Virus record (IMG/VR): IMGVR_UViG_3300020042_004159
Span: 1-24,825 of that record
Source: a virus
Taxonomy: Duplodnaviria > Caudoviricetes
Strand: one strand, 5' to 3'
Length of the DNA stretch: 24,825 bases
Shown: piece by piece, positions 7,664 to 17,310 of the stretch
How positions within the stretch are numbered: the first letter of the stretch is position 1
Layout: each line of letters starts with the position of its first letter
Made by a program: the position numbers and the translations under genes
Notes under the pieces: generated by a model
Database searches by the model: none
What the model was told of the DNA's origin: nothing
The model's input: the letters and a program-made list of their open reading frames with translations, nothing else

Positions 7664-10540
7664 ATGACCGACAAAGACCTTTTAAGTACTGTCCAACCGG
7701 CTGATGGCTGGTTTGCGGTAGTTGGAATTAAAGGTAAGACTGTCGTACAAAAGTTTAAAGAGACAAGGGAAGAGGTAGACCAGCTAGTCAATAAGTATGT
7801 TGCCGAGGGGAGAGACGTATATTTTGGTGTCGCCAAGTACGCAACACCAGATAACAGAACAAAGGATAATGTAAAGTCCCTACGTTCCTTCTGGCTGGAC
7901 ATAGATTGCGGGGAGGGTAAGGCTATAGCTAACCCAACCACCGGTAGACCCGACGGCTACATAGATCAACAGGCTGGGGTGCGGGCACTGGGCGCGTTCT
8001 GTGAGTTAGTAGGGTTACCTAAACCAACACTTGTTAATTCTGGGCGCGGTATACACGCCTACTGGCCGCTGACCCGTGACATATCACGGGGAGAGTGGGA
8101 ACCCGTAGCTGCTCGCCTGTTAAAGCTTTGTACCACACAAGACCTTTATGTAGATAACTCCGTGTTTGAGGTGGCGAGAATACTGCGCGTGCCGGGCACG
8201 TTGAATTTTAAGGACGACCCTCCTAAGCCTGTAACGGTGTTGCATTATGCTGACCCGCTAGATTATGAGGAGCTATGTGACCTGCTGGGTGTAGATCTGG
8301 GGGAAGAACCACAGGCAGAAGACAAGACCGAGAAGCCAGCGGATGTACCACAGGTAAGGCGGGAACTGAGCGACTTTGCCAAGTCGATGGTACAGAACAC
8401 GGTGTCTAACTTCGGCAAGATAATGCGCCGTAGTATATCCGGCACAGGCTGCAACCAGCTGCTCGACGCCTATAAAACGAGGGATACGCTACCAGAACCA
8501 CGGTGGTTTGATGCACTGTCTATTGCCAAGTTCTGCAACGACAAAGAAACGGCGATACACAACATGTCTCAAGGGCATGATGACTACGACTACAACGCAA
8601 CCGAATATAAGATACAGCACATACTCGGCCCCCATACGTGTAGCCAGTTTGAGAAGCACAATCCGGGTGGTTGTGAGGGTTGCCCACACAGGGACAAGAT
8701 AAAAAGCCCTATCCTGCTGGGCAAGGAGGTAGTTGCTGCCACGGAGGAAGACAGCGTACTAACGGAAGAGCCAGAGGTGGGAAGCGTAGAGCCGCCCATG
8801 GTACATAAAATACCGGAGTATCCGTTTCCGTTTGTCAGGGGTAAGACGGGTGGTGTATATTTCATACCCCAAGAAGAAGAAGTGGAACCTGTATGTGTGT
8901 ACGAGAACGACCTATACGTGACCAAACGTATGCGGGATCCAAACGTGGGGGATGTTGTAGTTATTAAAGTACATATGCCACAGGACGGGGTAAAAGAATT
9001 TATTGTGGCGAACACAGATGCAACAGACCCCAATGAGTTACGTAAAGCGTTATCGTTCCAAGGGGTAATTACTTCCCCCAAGAAATTTAAACTACTCGCG
9101 GATTACATACACGCGTCCATAAAAGATTTACAACATAGAAAAAAGGCGGAGCTAATGAGACTACAATTCGGATGGGCTGACAGAGATAGTAAATTTATTA
9201 TAGGTGACCGGGAAGTATCAAAGGACGGCGTATATCATAGCCCTCCATCCAGTGTCACCAAAGCAACAGCTGCATTTTTTGAGAAGGCAGGGTCATATGA
9301 GAAGTGGAGAGAAGTGTTCGCCCTATACGGTACTCCGGGGTTAGAGCCCCATGCGTTCGCGGCGTTGACTGCGTTTGGTTCCCCACTGTTAAAGTTTACC
9401 GGGCAGAGCGGGGCGATGATTAACCTTATTAACCCGATGTCAGGTACGGGTAAAACTACCATACTGCATATGATAAACAGTGTATATGGTAACCCCGATA
9501 AAATTGGTGCCACAGCAAAGGACACTATAGTAGCTAAGATCTTACTACTTGGCATCATGTGTAACTTGCCGTACACCATAGATGAAATGACAAACATGGG
9601 GCCTGAAGCCTTCTCTGATTTAATATATAGCATATCGCAGGGGCGGGATAAAAACCGTGGTAAGGGGTCAACAAATGAATTACGTATTAACTCAACCACA
9701 TGGAACACTATAGCAATAGCCAGTTCCAACTCATCCTTTGCAGAAAAACTTACCAAGATCAAACGCGCCCCGGACGGCGAAACAATGCGGTTGTTGGAAT
9801 ACCCTGTCGGGTTTAGAGGTGCGCTCGATGTGGCATACGCCAAGAACATGTTTGACCGCCAGCTACTTGAAAACTACGGGCACGCGGGTGACATCTACGC
9901 GTCTTACTTGGTCAATAACCTAGAGGATGTTAAGTCTCTATTGTTAGTCACACAGAAGAAAATAGACCTTGAGATGAAGCTAACCCAGCGTGAGCGGTTC
10001 TGGTCGGCAATAGTAGCCTGTAACATAACCGGGGGCATCCTTGCAAAACGTATTGGTTTGATTGATTGGGATCTAAAGGCTATCTACTCATTTGCCACGG
10101 CATTGATTAAAGATTTACGCACTACCACAGCACCACCTGTAATGCCCGCTACTGACGTAGTAGGTAGCTACTGCAACAGATACTGCCAGAACATTCTATC
10201 CACGCATGACGAGATAGACGCCCGTACCAATCTGGCTATGCAGCCTATGCGCGAACCACGCGGTGAGTTATTGGTGCGGCACGAGATAGACACGCAGAAA
10301 ATCTACATACTAGCCAAGTCGTTCAAGGACTACTGCATAGACAGCCAGACTAACTACCGGGATACGTTGAAGGAGTTAGGGGACTTAGGGCTGTATTTGG
10401 GCACACAAAAGAAGCGCATGTCAAAAGGTATGCCCCTAGTCTCGCTCCCTGTCCACGCGCTGGTGTTTGATAATAGCAACAACAAGCTGGTTGAATTAGA
10501 AACTTTGGAAAACCCTGTTGATGATAGTGGAGGGGGTTAG
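7664..10540 (+). CDS. Primase-helicase: N-terminal AEP/RepB-like primase, Cys-rich domain, DUF927-like domain and P-loop helicase
   Basis: FWLDIDC and NSGRGIHAYW primase motifs, ARILRVPGT.NFK, HTC..F......C.GCPH cluster, QFGWAD (DUF927-like), SGTGKTT Walker A, TIDEMT Walker B. Confidence 0.88.
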   Translation: MTDKDLLSTVQPADGWFAVVGIKGKTVVQKFKETREEVDQLVNKYVAEGRDVYFGVAKYATPDNRTKDNVKSLRSFWLDIDCGEGKAIANPTTGRPDGYIDQQAGVRALGAFCELVGLPKPTLVNSGRGIHAYWPLTRDISRGEWEPVAARLLKLCTTQDLYVDNSVFEVARILRVPGTLNFKDDPPKPVTVLHYADPLDYEELCDLLGVDLGEEPQAEDKTEKPADVPQVRRELSDFAKSMVQNTVSNFGKIMRRSISGTGCNQLLDAYKTRDTLPEPRWFDALSIAKFCNDKETAIHNMSQGHDDYDYNATEYKIQHILGPHTCSQFEKHNPGGCEGCPHRDKIKSPILLGKEVVAATEEDSVLTEEPEVGSVEPPMVHKIPEYPFPFVRGKTGGVYFIPQEEEVEPVCVYENDLYVTKRMRDPNVGDVVVIKVHMPQDGVKEFIVANTDATDPNELRKALSFQGVITSPKKFKLLADYIHASIKDLQHRKKAELMRLQFGWADRDSKFIIGDREVSKDGVYHSPPSSVTKATAAFFEKAGSYEKWREVFALYGTPGLEPHAFAALTAFGSPLLKFTGQSGAMINLINPMSGTGKTTILHMINSVYGNPDKIGATAKDTIVAKILLLGIMCNLPYTIDEMTNMGPEAFSDLIYSISQGRDKNRGKGSTNELRINSTTWNTIAIASSNSSFAEKLTKIKRAPDGETMRLLEYPVGFRGALDVAYAKNMFDRQLLENYGHAGDIYASYLVNNLEDVKSLLLVTQKKIDLEMKLTQRERFWSAIVACNITGGILAKRIGLIDWDLKAIYSFATALIKDLRTTTAPPVMPATDVVGSYCNRYCQNILSTHDEIDARTNLAMQPMREPRGELLVRHEIDTQKIYILAKSFKDYCIDSQTNYRDTLKELGDLGLYLGTQKKRMSKGMPLVSLPVHALVFDNSNNKLVELETLENPVDDSGGG

Positions 10541-10715
10541 TTACCAGATAAGCTGGCGCAAGTTTAGGCGTGGTACGTCTATTTTTATACCCTGTTTGGA
10601 TGGCACCAAGGCAAAGGAAGACGTGATGGTGGTGCTAAAAAGGTTGCGTATAGAGGTGGCACTACGGGTTTCGATTGAGGAGGGCATTCGGGGCTTGCGT
10701 ATATGGCGGGTCTGA
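10518..10715 (+). CDS. Small basic hypothetical protein (65 aa), last gene of the early block
   Basis: W..FRRG.S.FIPC...GLRIWRV; overlaps the primase stop; start could be TTG 10518 or ATG 10521. Confidence 0.7.
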   Translation: MMIVEGVSYQISWRKFRRGTSIFIPCLDGTKAKEDVMVVLKRLRIEVALRVSIEEGIRGLRIWRV

Positions 10716-10723
10716 TATAGTAT
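10695..10723 (+). promoter_or_regulatory. Sigma70-like promoter pointing into the non-coding junction
   Basis: TTGCGT 10695-700, 17 nt, TAGTAT 10718-23. An overlapping extended -10 TG-A-TATAGT lies at 10713-21. No ORF downstream. Confidence 0.55.
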
Positions 10724-10727
10724 CTGT

Positions 10728-10811
10728 CTTGGGAAGTTTGCTCCTTCCTGTTTGTCTCTCTTTGTTAGGTTGTACCCTTAAAACCCCGCCCTAAACCAGC
10801 GGGGTTTTTTT
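10728..10811 (+). ncRNA. Candidate ~80-nt anti-RBS small RNA
   Basis: Bounded by a promoter and a terminator. Hairpin GGAAG-TTTGCTC-CTTCC followed by a pyrimidine tract. AGTTTGCTCCTT (10735-46) is the exact reverse complement of the RBS at 5850-61, with further matches to other early RBSs. Confidence 0.55.
10780..10811. terminator. Bidirectional rho-independent terminator between the convergent operons
   Basis: AAAACCCCGC-CCTAAACCA-GCGGGGTTTT, T7 tract at 10805-11 on +, A4 tract on the other side. Confidence 0.88.
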
Positions 10812-13800
10812 ATTCCTCGGTAGCTTCTTCAGCCTCAAACAAATCATCCCATATAGATGATGCTTCATCCCACTCATCTCGTTCCTCTTGTACTTGGGAT
10901 TCTAAGTTTCTATTGACGGTTAACCCAGCTATTTTTTCTCGGCTGATACGATTACGACGTTTGTAGGAAGCATTTAAGTCTTGTTGTCTTATAGGGTATC
11001 CGGGAAATTTAGCCCTATATTCCTCTATCTCTTCCTGTATACGTGCTAGGGCCTCAACATCGTTTTCCTTCCGCGCCCTATAGTTCCGGGTGTATATCTC
11101 TGACCGCAGCTCACTGGCGTAGCGATCCATTTTAGAAGATGCGGCATTCTTCTCTAATAACTGTATATAGTCAGCAGGGGGGAACCCAAGCCCTTGCATA
11201 ATTGTTTCCCGAACATCTATAGGGGGTGCTATCTGATCCCCTGCTATGGTCTGAGGCCCTTCAGCGCTAAACCGTTGCGCTTTAAGGAGGTTACGGGCAA
11301 ATGAGGGAGCCGCCGCCTCCATTCCACGCCGTATTTCACCTTGTCCAAGCAACTTCGCGCTTGTTTCAAACTGCGAGGCCATGCCTACCAACGGGCCACC
11401 AAGTTGCAGTGCAATCCTCCATATATAGGGGGAGTCTTTATCCACGTATGTCTCCCTAAATATGAAGTCGGAGAAACCTATGCGGGATGATATTGAAGAC
11501 CCTAAGAGGTAACTGGCTAGACCCCCATATACTTTTTCACCCACCATTTTACGGGTTGCTGTCTCAAAGTCGTCTTCATCGTCGTCTGTAAATAGGTCAT
11601 ACAACAGAGCAAGCGACCCAAAGAAGGGCACCCCACCCACACCGGCAACAACTGCGGTGCTACCAAAAATACCCGCTAATTGCTGCCGTGCCATTTTCTT
11701 ATCTTCGGCGGTACCGTATACACTATCCTGAGACAACTTTAACAAAATAGAGAAGGTGTTTAGGCTGTACCGCCTAAACAAGGAAGCAACTTTACCAAAC
11801 CCTCCCCACGACTTACTAAATTCTGCGGCGGTCTGCGCCATCGTACCACTGTTAACCAGCTCCGTTACTAATACAGCCTCGTCAGCTGCGGCTAATTGCA
11901 TTTCTGGTGTAATCCGCCCGGCTGTAAACGCGGCAGCCAACCCCGATACAGGTATTTTTAACTGTTTAGCTAGTTCTAACTGGTAAGTAGCCATTGCCGT
12001 AGTCTGTCGCAGAATCCGTTCCGACTGGGACATAAACCACCCGGACGCATGATTGTATTTAGCTAGTTTCCCGCCCAATGCGGTTGCGTAAACACCTAAA
12101 TTTAATTCATCTTCTACTTCAGTCCTACCGAACTGGCCTAATTCTTTCATTCTGTTTTGCAGGGCAAAAAACATTTTTACCCCCGGAGGGATGTCAGCGC
12201 GGCTAAAATCATAATGCTCTAACCCTACTCTATATTTGTTCACATCAGGGGCAGCGAAAGACCCACTGTTCCTAAACACAGAGAACCCTACACCCATCGC
12301 CTTAGTGGTGTCTCCCCATGCTTTTTTATAGTTGGTGCCGCCAACAGCGTATTTTCCAGCAAGGTAGGGGTGTATCAACGTGCCGAAGGCAGATAAGTTA
12401 ATAAAGAAGCCTGATACGTTAAACCCTAACCCGAAGTTAAACCCTATAGAGCTAGCTATTTTTGCCCAATCTTCAACCGTAGGGTTTAAGGCAAACTTAA
12501 TATGTTCTTTTAGTTTGCTTGCGTAGAGATTTATTGTATCCGCATCGGGGGAGTATCGAGCCGTTTCCGCATACTCAGCCAGCTTAGTCTCTAACTTACG
12601 AAACTGCGTGTTGTATTTAAGCCTGCTTAAATGTGTCGCACTGGCGAACGCCTGCTGCTTAAGTGTGGAAACTACATCCACATACCCAAGGGTACCGGTA
12701 CGTTCTTTGGCTAACCCTTTAAGGTACGCCTTCTCTGGCATACTATCGAGAAACAGAGCTAGTATATCGTCCTCTACTTCTTTTTTAACTTTATTATCTT
12801 CAAGTATTTTAAGCACGCTTTTTATGAAGCTGGTATCAGGTGCTCTATTCCTATAGTTTGTGTTATCGCCGCGGGTTGTGCGGGCGATAGAAGCTTGGTC
12901 AACGTTTTTCTTATCGGCAACAAGTTCAGCAAGACGTTTTTCCCTTACAAATTCACTGGTAAAAATTTCAAAATACAGTTCCTCCCTACCTGTTGAAGGG
13001 TCTATCGCGTTAAACGTAAGGAAATATTTACCATCCGGCCTGCCCAATTTCGCATATGGGTCGATATAGCCCAGAGCCATTAACTTGGCTTCTAAGTTTT
13101 TTGCTAGTATATCGGCTTGATTAGCGTCAACCCCTGCCGTTTCCAGTATCTTGTTTTTAAGTACGCTAAAATGCTCGTCTCGTATCTTCTTATAAGCATC
13201 GAATGTGTCACCGTATAACTTCCTACCTACGTCATCCAACTTATTGAGGTACTCACCCTGCAACGTCGCCCAGAGCTTTTTCTTATCAATGTCATTTTTG
13301 TATTTTTTCTCGGCTTCTTTATCTGTAAGCCGGGCGTCTACCTCTTCCCTTGTACTGGTGTTAACAAGGTCACTAAACTCTTTGTATTTTGTTTTATTAT
13401 CCCCAGCCCATTTGGTTATAGACGCTGCGGTATCTGATAATATGGCGTGTATTCTTTTAGCGTACCCGTCCTGTTCTAGTATGGTCTTACTTATCTCAGT
13501 AGCCATAGGTATATATTTCTTGGCTATCTGCTCTAAAGGAATCAACGGGGTGAAGTGCATAACTATTTCTTTAGCAATACGTCCCCCCTTCCTAAGCGTT
13601 ACTTCCAAGAAACTACGAGCTTGGAGACTACTTACTGAGGGGGTAGCCTCGAAGTTCACGTCAACCGGCGCCATATACAATTCCCCAGCAAAACGAGACT
13701 TTGGAGCAGGGGCCATTATGGATAATATCGCCCTATGTAACTCATCCATAGTTTTTATATCCTGCTGCTTAGAAGGTAGGCCAAGCAGGTTACGGACAAA

Positions 13801-16800
13801 GTTAGTTACCGTGTTTACGAACTTACCCCAAACAGATATTTTTTCGTTTGGTTGTAATAACATGGCAAGCTTTTGCTGGAATACTTTATTTGTAAACGCC
13901 TCAGCAACAAACTCATCCAGATTCTGTGCGCCGTAGGCGGTGCCTAGCTTGTCTTTTACTGCATTAAACAAGACTGTTAGCTGCCTAGTAACTGGGTGAG
14001 ACGGGTTAGCCAGTACCGCAGAAACAGCGGCATGGGTCATTTCATGGAGGACAGCATGGCTGTTTATGCCGGTTTTAGAGTCCAGCTTTATAGTGTTGGT
14101 GTTAGGGTCAAACAGACCCGCAACAGGATTACCACTTTCATCTACCAGCCCGGTGACTACCTCAACCTTAGTACCACCTACTACCCTAAGTAACGCCCTA
14201 GCCATGAACCCTATGGATTTATTCTTTCCAGTGGCACCCAGCGCCTTCAGCGCACCTGCTAGATCCCCTGCGTTTAACGCGGCTACTACAGAGTCCTGTA
14301 GGGGGGCATCTATATTTTCCACTGCCTTAACGGTAAGTGGTTTTGGTGCTCTATTTTTATACTCTTCAAGAATATCGCCCGCACCAACACCGGTGTCTAT
14401 GTCTTCAATATAGTCTTTATCGAAGTTTGCTTTGTTTCTCTCATTTAGCGCCGCATCAGCTAAAGGATTTTCTTTTACAACGGGTTCACCCTTTTTCTTT
14501 ACGACGGATTTACCCTGCGCCTTCGCCTCCGCTTCTACAGCCCTAGCTTCCAACGCTTTTTCATAGGCGGCGTAGTTCTCATCATCTGTTTTAACTCTTG
14601 GCCTTTTGCCGGTAGGTTTAGGGGCATCAATTGTGTCTGGTGTAACCGTTGTTTTAGCCGGTGTAACCGGTGGTGGTGCTGTTTCAGCCGAGTCAAAGGA
14701 GGCATTTCTTGCTGCCTCGTTAAGTGCTTCTTGTTGGGCATCCTGCTCCTCGCTCTGACTCAGCCCTTGATTGTCGAACTCAGTAGTTGAGTCTTCCTGA
14801 TCCCGCCCATAGAGATCTCCACCGTAAAATTCTTTCGCATAAGCTTCCGCACCTGCCGCTTCGGCACCTTTATCGGAATATACTCTCCTCCCTCTCAACT
14901 CTTGTTGAATTAAGTCCATCAACACATTAGGGTCGTAATCGCCCTGTTCGTTAACTGTAGGAAAACCTCTCTCCGCTAACGCCCTAGCCAATCCGTCAAG
15001 GTCGTTACCACCCCGCTTAACTACTGACTGGTTAAACCCAGTCCTCAACTTAAGGTCAGGAATATCAAAATCTGCTTCCGCCGCAGCCTCGGGGGACACC
15101 CCACCCAGTTTAGCGATAGCGGTCAACAGACTGTCTCCGTCTTTTATAACTTGAGCTTTCTTATACCGTTCTTTGGCAATTATAGATAAGGTGTCATCTT
15201 TTGTTATTATTCTGTCTGTTGGTGTTTCAACTGATGTAGCTGGTGTAGCTGGTGTAGCTGGTGTAGCTGGTGTAGCTGGTGTAGCCGGGGTAGCCGGGGT
15301 AGCCGGGGTAGCAACTTTTCCTTTTTTAGCCGGTATCCTTTTACCAAACAAGTCCATCTGGGCTTCAGGTATACCTTGTATTTGAGTCCTTATTAATTCA
15401 TTGATGTTTGTACGAGCCATATTGGACACGCTTTTGTTTCTTGCGTACTCGCGGAGCGCATCTTGTACCTCAAGGGTATTTAAATCTTTACCAACCAAAC
15501 TGCGTGTTTCGTTGCCACGTATAGGGGCTTTTTCCAGTACTCCTAATTTTTTTAGTAAATCGTCCGTTAGGATAAAAGGTGTGGGGGCAACGTCTTCCTC
15601 TATAGGGAGGGCACCTTTTTTAGCTAATCCCGGAAACGACGCCTGCCCCGGATTTTGCTTCTGCCGCACCCTAGTAGCAGCGGCTTCAAGGTCTTGGTTT
15701 TGGGATGCGTTTGGATCTACCTCACCATCTACAAGTGGGTCTAATTCGGCAAGTGGTTGGACTGGGGTTATGGGAGCAGCAGGTGCGGTTATCACCCCTA
15801 TAGCCCGTTCAATTAACTTTTGTTCCGACGGCGTTATAGTTGTATCTGTAAACTTGGAACGTTTTAAGGCCGCAGAAAATGCTTCAGGTATAGATTCAGC
15901 GTAAGAGGCGTCAGCGTTTTCTATAATAGGTAATAGTAGTTTTCTACGGTTGGTCTCCGTCCGTAACTGTTGTGTTGCTCGCTGGGCAAGGCCTACAGTT
16001 TCTAAATCTGATTCGGCTCTAAGGGCTTTTAAATCTTGAGCACGTTGGGCTATTTCAGCTGCGTCATCCGCAAGTAGTTTTTCTATACTAACGGTTTCTG
16101 CTTCATCTATTGCTTTAGCTTCGGCGGCGGCCTTCGCTGCATCATCCTCCGCAATCATTCTTTCTATGTCGGCGGTTTCTTGCTGGTCAGCTTGTTGTAT
16201 AATACTCTGCGCCCGTGCACGACCCTCAATGGCCCCAGCTCTAAGGGCCTCGTCTTCTACCAGCTTCTCCGCAGCCTCGGCTTGTAGGGCTTTAACATCT
16301 TCTTGGGCGAGGGCATCTGCTGCTTTAGTTTCCCCGGCTAATTTATCTCCAGCCGCCGTCTTAAGCGCACTTTGTTTGAGGGCAGCACTGGCACCACCCA
16401 TAGGGGCACCAAGTAACGTAGCACCAATCGCTGCTTGTTTGTATTCTTCTTGGGCCTCTCCATCCGTAAGGGACAACCCGGCGTTCCACCGTTCAGCCGC
16501 TTGCTGGAAGATTTCTTGTGGTACTTCAAATGCTGCGCCCTTTCCTGCGCCTATCAGCACGCCTGTCTTGGTTACTTTATAGGCACCGTTAGCCACCGCG
16601 TCTTCTAGTAGCTTTCCTGTTTCTTTAACTACGGCCTCATCAGCTTCCCCAAATATATTCTTTAACCCGGGGAACTTACTAAATAGAGGTTTGAATAGTT
16701 TACCTACCGCATAATCAAGTGCGGTCTGTCCGGTGGCAGCAAGGGCGGCTTTACCCAACGAAACTGCTTCAGGTGTTTTACCTTCGACAGTAGCCTTCTC

Positions 16801-17301
16801 TTGCTCTTGAGCTTGGCGTAATAGGTTCTGAATAGTGTACTGCGTACCCATAGTAGCACCGGCAGCAGGTAGTCCCCCCACCCCGGTAGTAAGGGTAGCA
16901 ACGGTTGCAGCGGCGGTTGGCGCTACTAACGCACCTAGTGATCCACCTGCCGTTTCTTTTAGTGCCCGCCAGTTTCTAGTAAGCCCACCTTCCATACCGA
17001 ACCCACCCGCAGATTCGTATTTAGAATTCCCTGCGTCTATAAAGGCTTTCCGGTTTTCCTCGGTAGGGTTGGCAGTAAATGCAGCAGCTTCATCCGCTAG
17101 GCCAAGTGTCGCAGCCTGCTCAAAAAGGGAACTGAAGAACCCCGCCTGTTCTTTCTTAGGCTCTGCGGCAGTGAAGAATGGGGTTGTTTGAGATGTTTGT
17201 ATCTGTTTTTGTAGCAAACCCGCCAGAACCATAGCCCCTTTGGTGTCGTTATTACTTTCAGCTTTTTTTATAGCTGTAAGTAGCTCCTGTCTAGTAGGCA
17301 T
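10810..17301 (-). CDS. Giant (2163 aa) internal virion / large polyvalent protein with a zincin metallopeptidase (MPTase-like) domain
   Basis: VAGLFDP..NTI.L....HAVLHEMTHAA...NLDEFVAEAF (HExxH plus a downstream E); Ala/Gly-rich N-terminus; helical C-terminus; last gene of the virion operon; AGGAG SD. Confidence 0.82.
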   Translation of the reverse strand: MPTRQELLTAIKKAESNNDTKGAMVLAGLLQKQIQTSQTTPFFTAAEPKKEQAGFFSSLFEQAATLGLADEAAAFTANPTEENRKAFIDAGNSKYESAGGFGMEGGLTRNWRALKETAGGSLGALVAPTAAATVATLTTGVGGLPAAGATMGTQYTIQNLLRQAQEQEKATVEGKTPEAVSLGKAALAATGQTALDYAVGKLFKPLFSKFPGLKNIFGEADEAVVKETGKLLEDAVANGAYKVTKTGVLIGAGKGAAFEVPQEIFQQAAERWNAGLSLTDGEAQEEYKQAAIGATLLGAPMGGASAALKQSALKTAAGDKLAGETKAADALAQEDVKALQAEAAEKLVEDEALRAGAIEGRARAQSIIQQADQQETADIERMIAEDDAAKAAAEAKAIDEAETVSIEKLLADDAAEIAQRAQDLKALRAESDLETVGLAQRATQQLRTETNRRKLLLPIIENADASYAESIPEAFSAALKRSKFTDTTITPSEQKLIERAIGVITAPAAPITPVQPLAELDPLVDGEVDPNASQNQDLEAAATRVRQKQNPGQASFPGLAKKGALPIEEDVAPTPFILTDDLLKKLGVLEKAPIRGNETRSLVGKDLNTLEVQDALREYARNKSVSNMARTNINELIRTQIQGIPEAQMDLFGKRIPAKKGKVATPATPATPATPATPATPATPATPATSVETPTDRIITKDDTLSIIAKERYKKAQVIKDGDSLLTAIAKLGGVSPEAAAEADFDIPDLKLRTGFNQSVVKRGGNDLDGLARALAERGFPTVNEQGDYDPNVLMDLIQQELRGRRVYSDKGAEAAGAEAYAKEFYGGDLYGRDQEDSTTEFDNQGLSQSEEQDAQQEALNEAARNASFDSAETAPPPVTPAKTTVTPDTIDAPKPTGKRPRVKTDDENYAAYEKALEARAVEAEAKAQGKSVVKKKGEPVVKENPLADAALNERNKANFDKDYIEDIDTGVGAGDILEEYKNRAPKPLTVKAVENIDAPLQDSVVAALNAGDLAGALKALGATGKNKSIGFMARALLRVVGGTKVEVVTGLVDESGNPVAGLFDPNTNTIKLDSKTGINSHAVLHEMTHAAVSAVLANPSHPVTRQLTVLFNAVKDKLGTAYGAQNLDEFVAEAFTNKVFQQKLAMLLQPNEKISVWGKFVNTVTNFVRNLLGLPSKQQDIKTMDELHRAILSIMAPAPKSRFAGELYMAPVDVNFEATPSVSSLQARSFLEVTLRKGGRIAKEIVMHFTPLIPLEQIAKKYIPMATEISKTILEQDGYAKRIHAILSDTAASITKWAGDNKTKYKEFSDLVNTSTREEVDARLTDKEAEKKYKNDIDKKKLWATLQGEYLNKLDDVGRKLYGDTFDAYKKIRDEHFSVLKNKILETAGVDANQADILAKNLEAKLMALGYIDPYAKLGRPDGKYFLTFNAIDPSTGREELYFEIFTSEFVREKRLAELVADKKNVDQASIARTTRGDNTNYRNRAPDTSFIKSVLKILEDNKVKKEVEDDILALFLDSMPEKAYLKGLAKERTGTLGYVDVVSTLKQQAFASATHLSRLKYNTQFRKLETKLAEYAETARYSPDADTINLYASKLKEHIKFALNPTVEDWAKIASSIGFNFGLGFNVSGFFINLSAFGTLIHPYLAGKYAVGGTNYKKAWGDTTKAMGVGFSVFRNSGSFAAPDVNKYRVGLEHYDFSRADIPPGVKMFFALQNRMKELGQFGRTEVEDELNLGVYATALGGKLAKYNHASGWFMSQSERILRQTTAMATYQLELAKQLKIPVSGLAAAFTAGRITPEMQLAAADEAVLVTELVNSGTMAQTAAEFSKSWGGFGKVASLFRRYSLNTFSILLKLSQDSVYGTAEDKKMARQQLAGIFGSTAVVAGVGGVPFFGSLALLYDLFTDDDEDDFETATRKMVGEKVYGGLASYLLGSSISSRIGFSDFIFRETYVDKDSPYIWRIALQLGGPLVGMASQFETSAKLLGQGEIRRGMEAAAPSFARNLLKAQRFSAEGPQTIAGDQIAPPIDVRETIMQGLGFPPADYIQLLEKNAASSKMDRYASELRSEIYTRNYRARKENDVEALARIQEEIEEYRAKFPGYPIRQQDLNASYKRRNRISREKIAGLTVNRNLESQVQEERDEWDEASSIWDDLFEAEEATEE
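15235..15312. repeat. 9-bp tandem repeat, 8 full copies plus a partial, encoding AT(PAT)8
   Basis: TGTAGCTGG x5, TGTAGCCGG x1, GGTAGCCGG x2, then GGTAGC. Confidence 0.95.
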
Positions 17302-17310
17302 GGGCAGCTC

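Noticed and set aside
307-9849. Minus-strand and alternative-frame ORFs within the early block (e.g. 9235-9849, 8590-9081, 6679-7032)
   Set aside because: Mostly or fully nested in well-supported genes, with no protein motifs.
10716-10811. tRNA or attP site at the operon junction
   Set aside because: No cloverleaf, T-loop or CCA pattern, and no integrase in the window.
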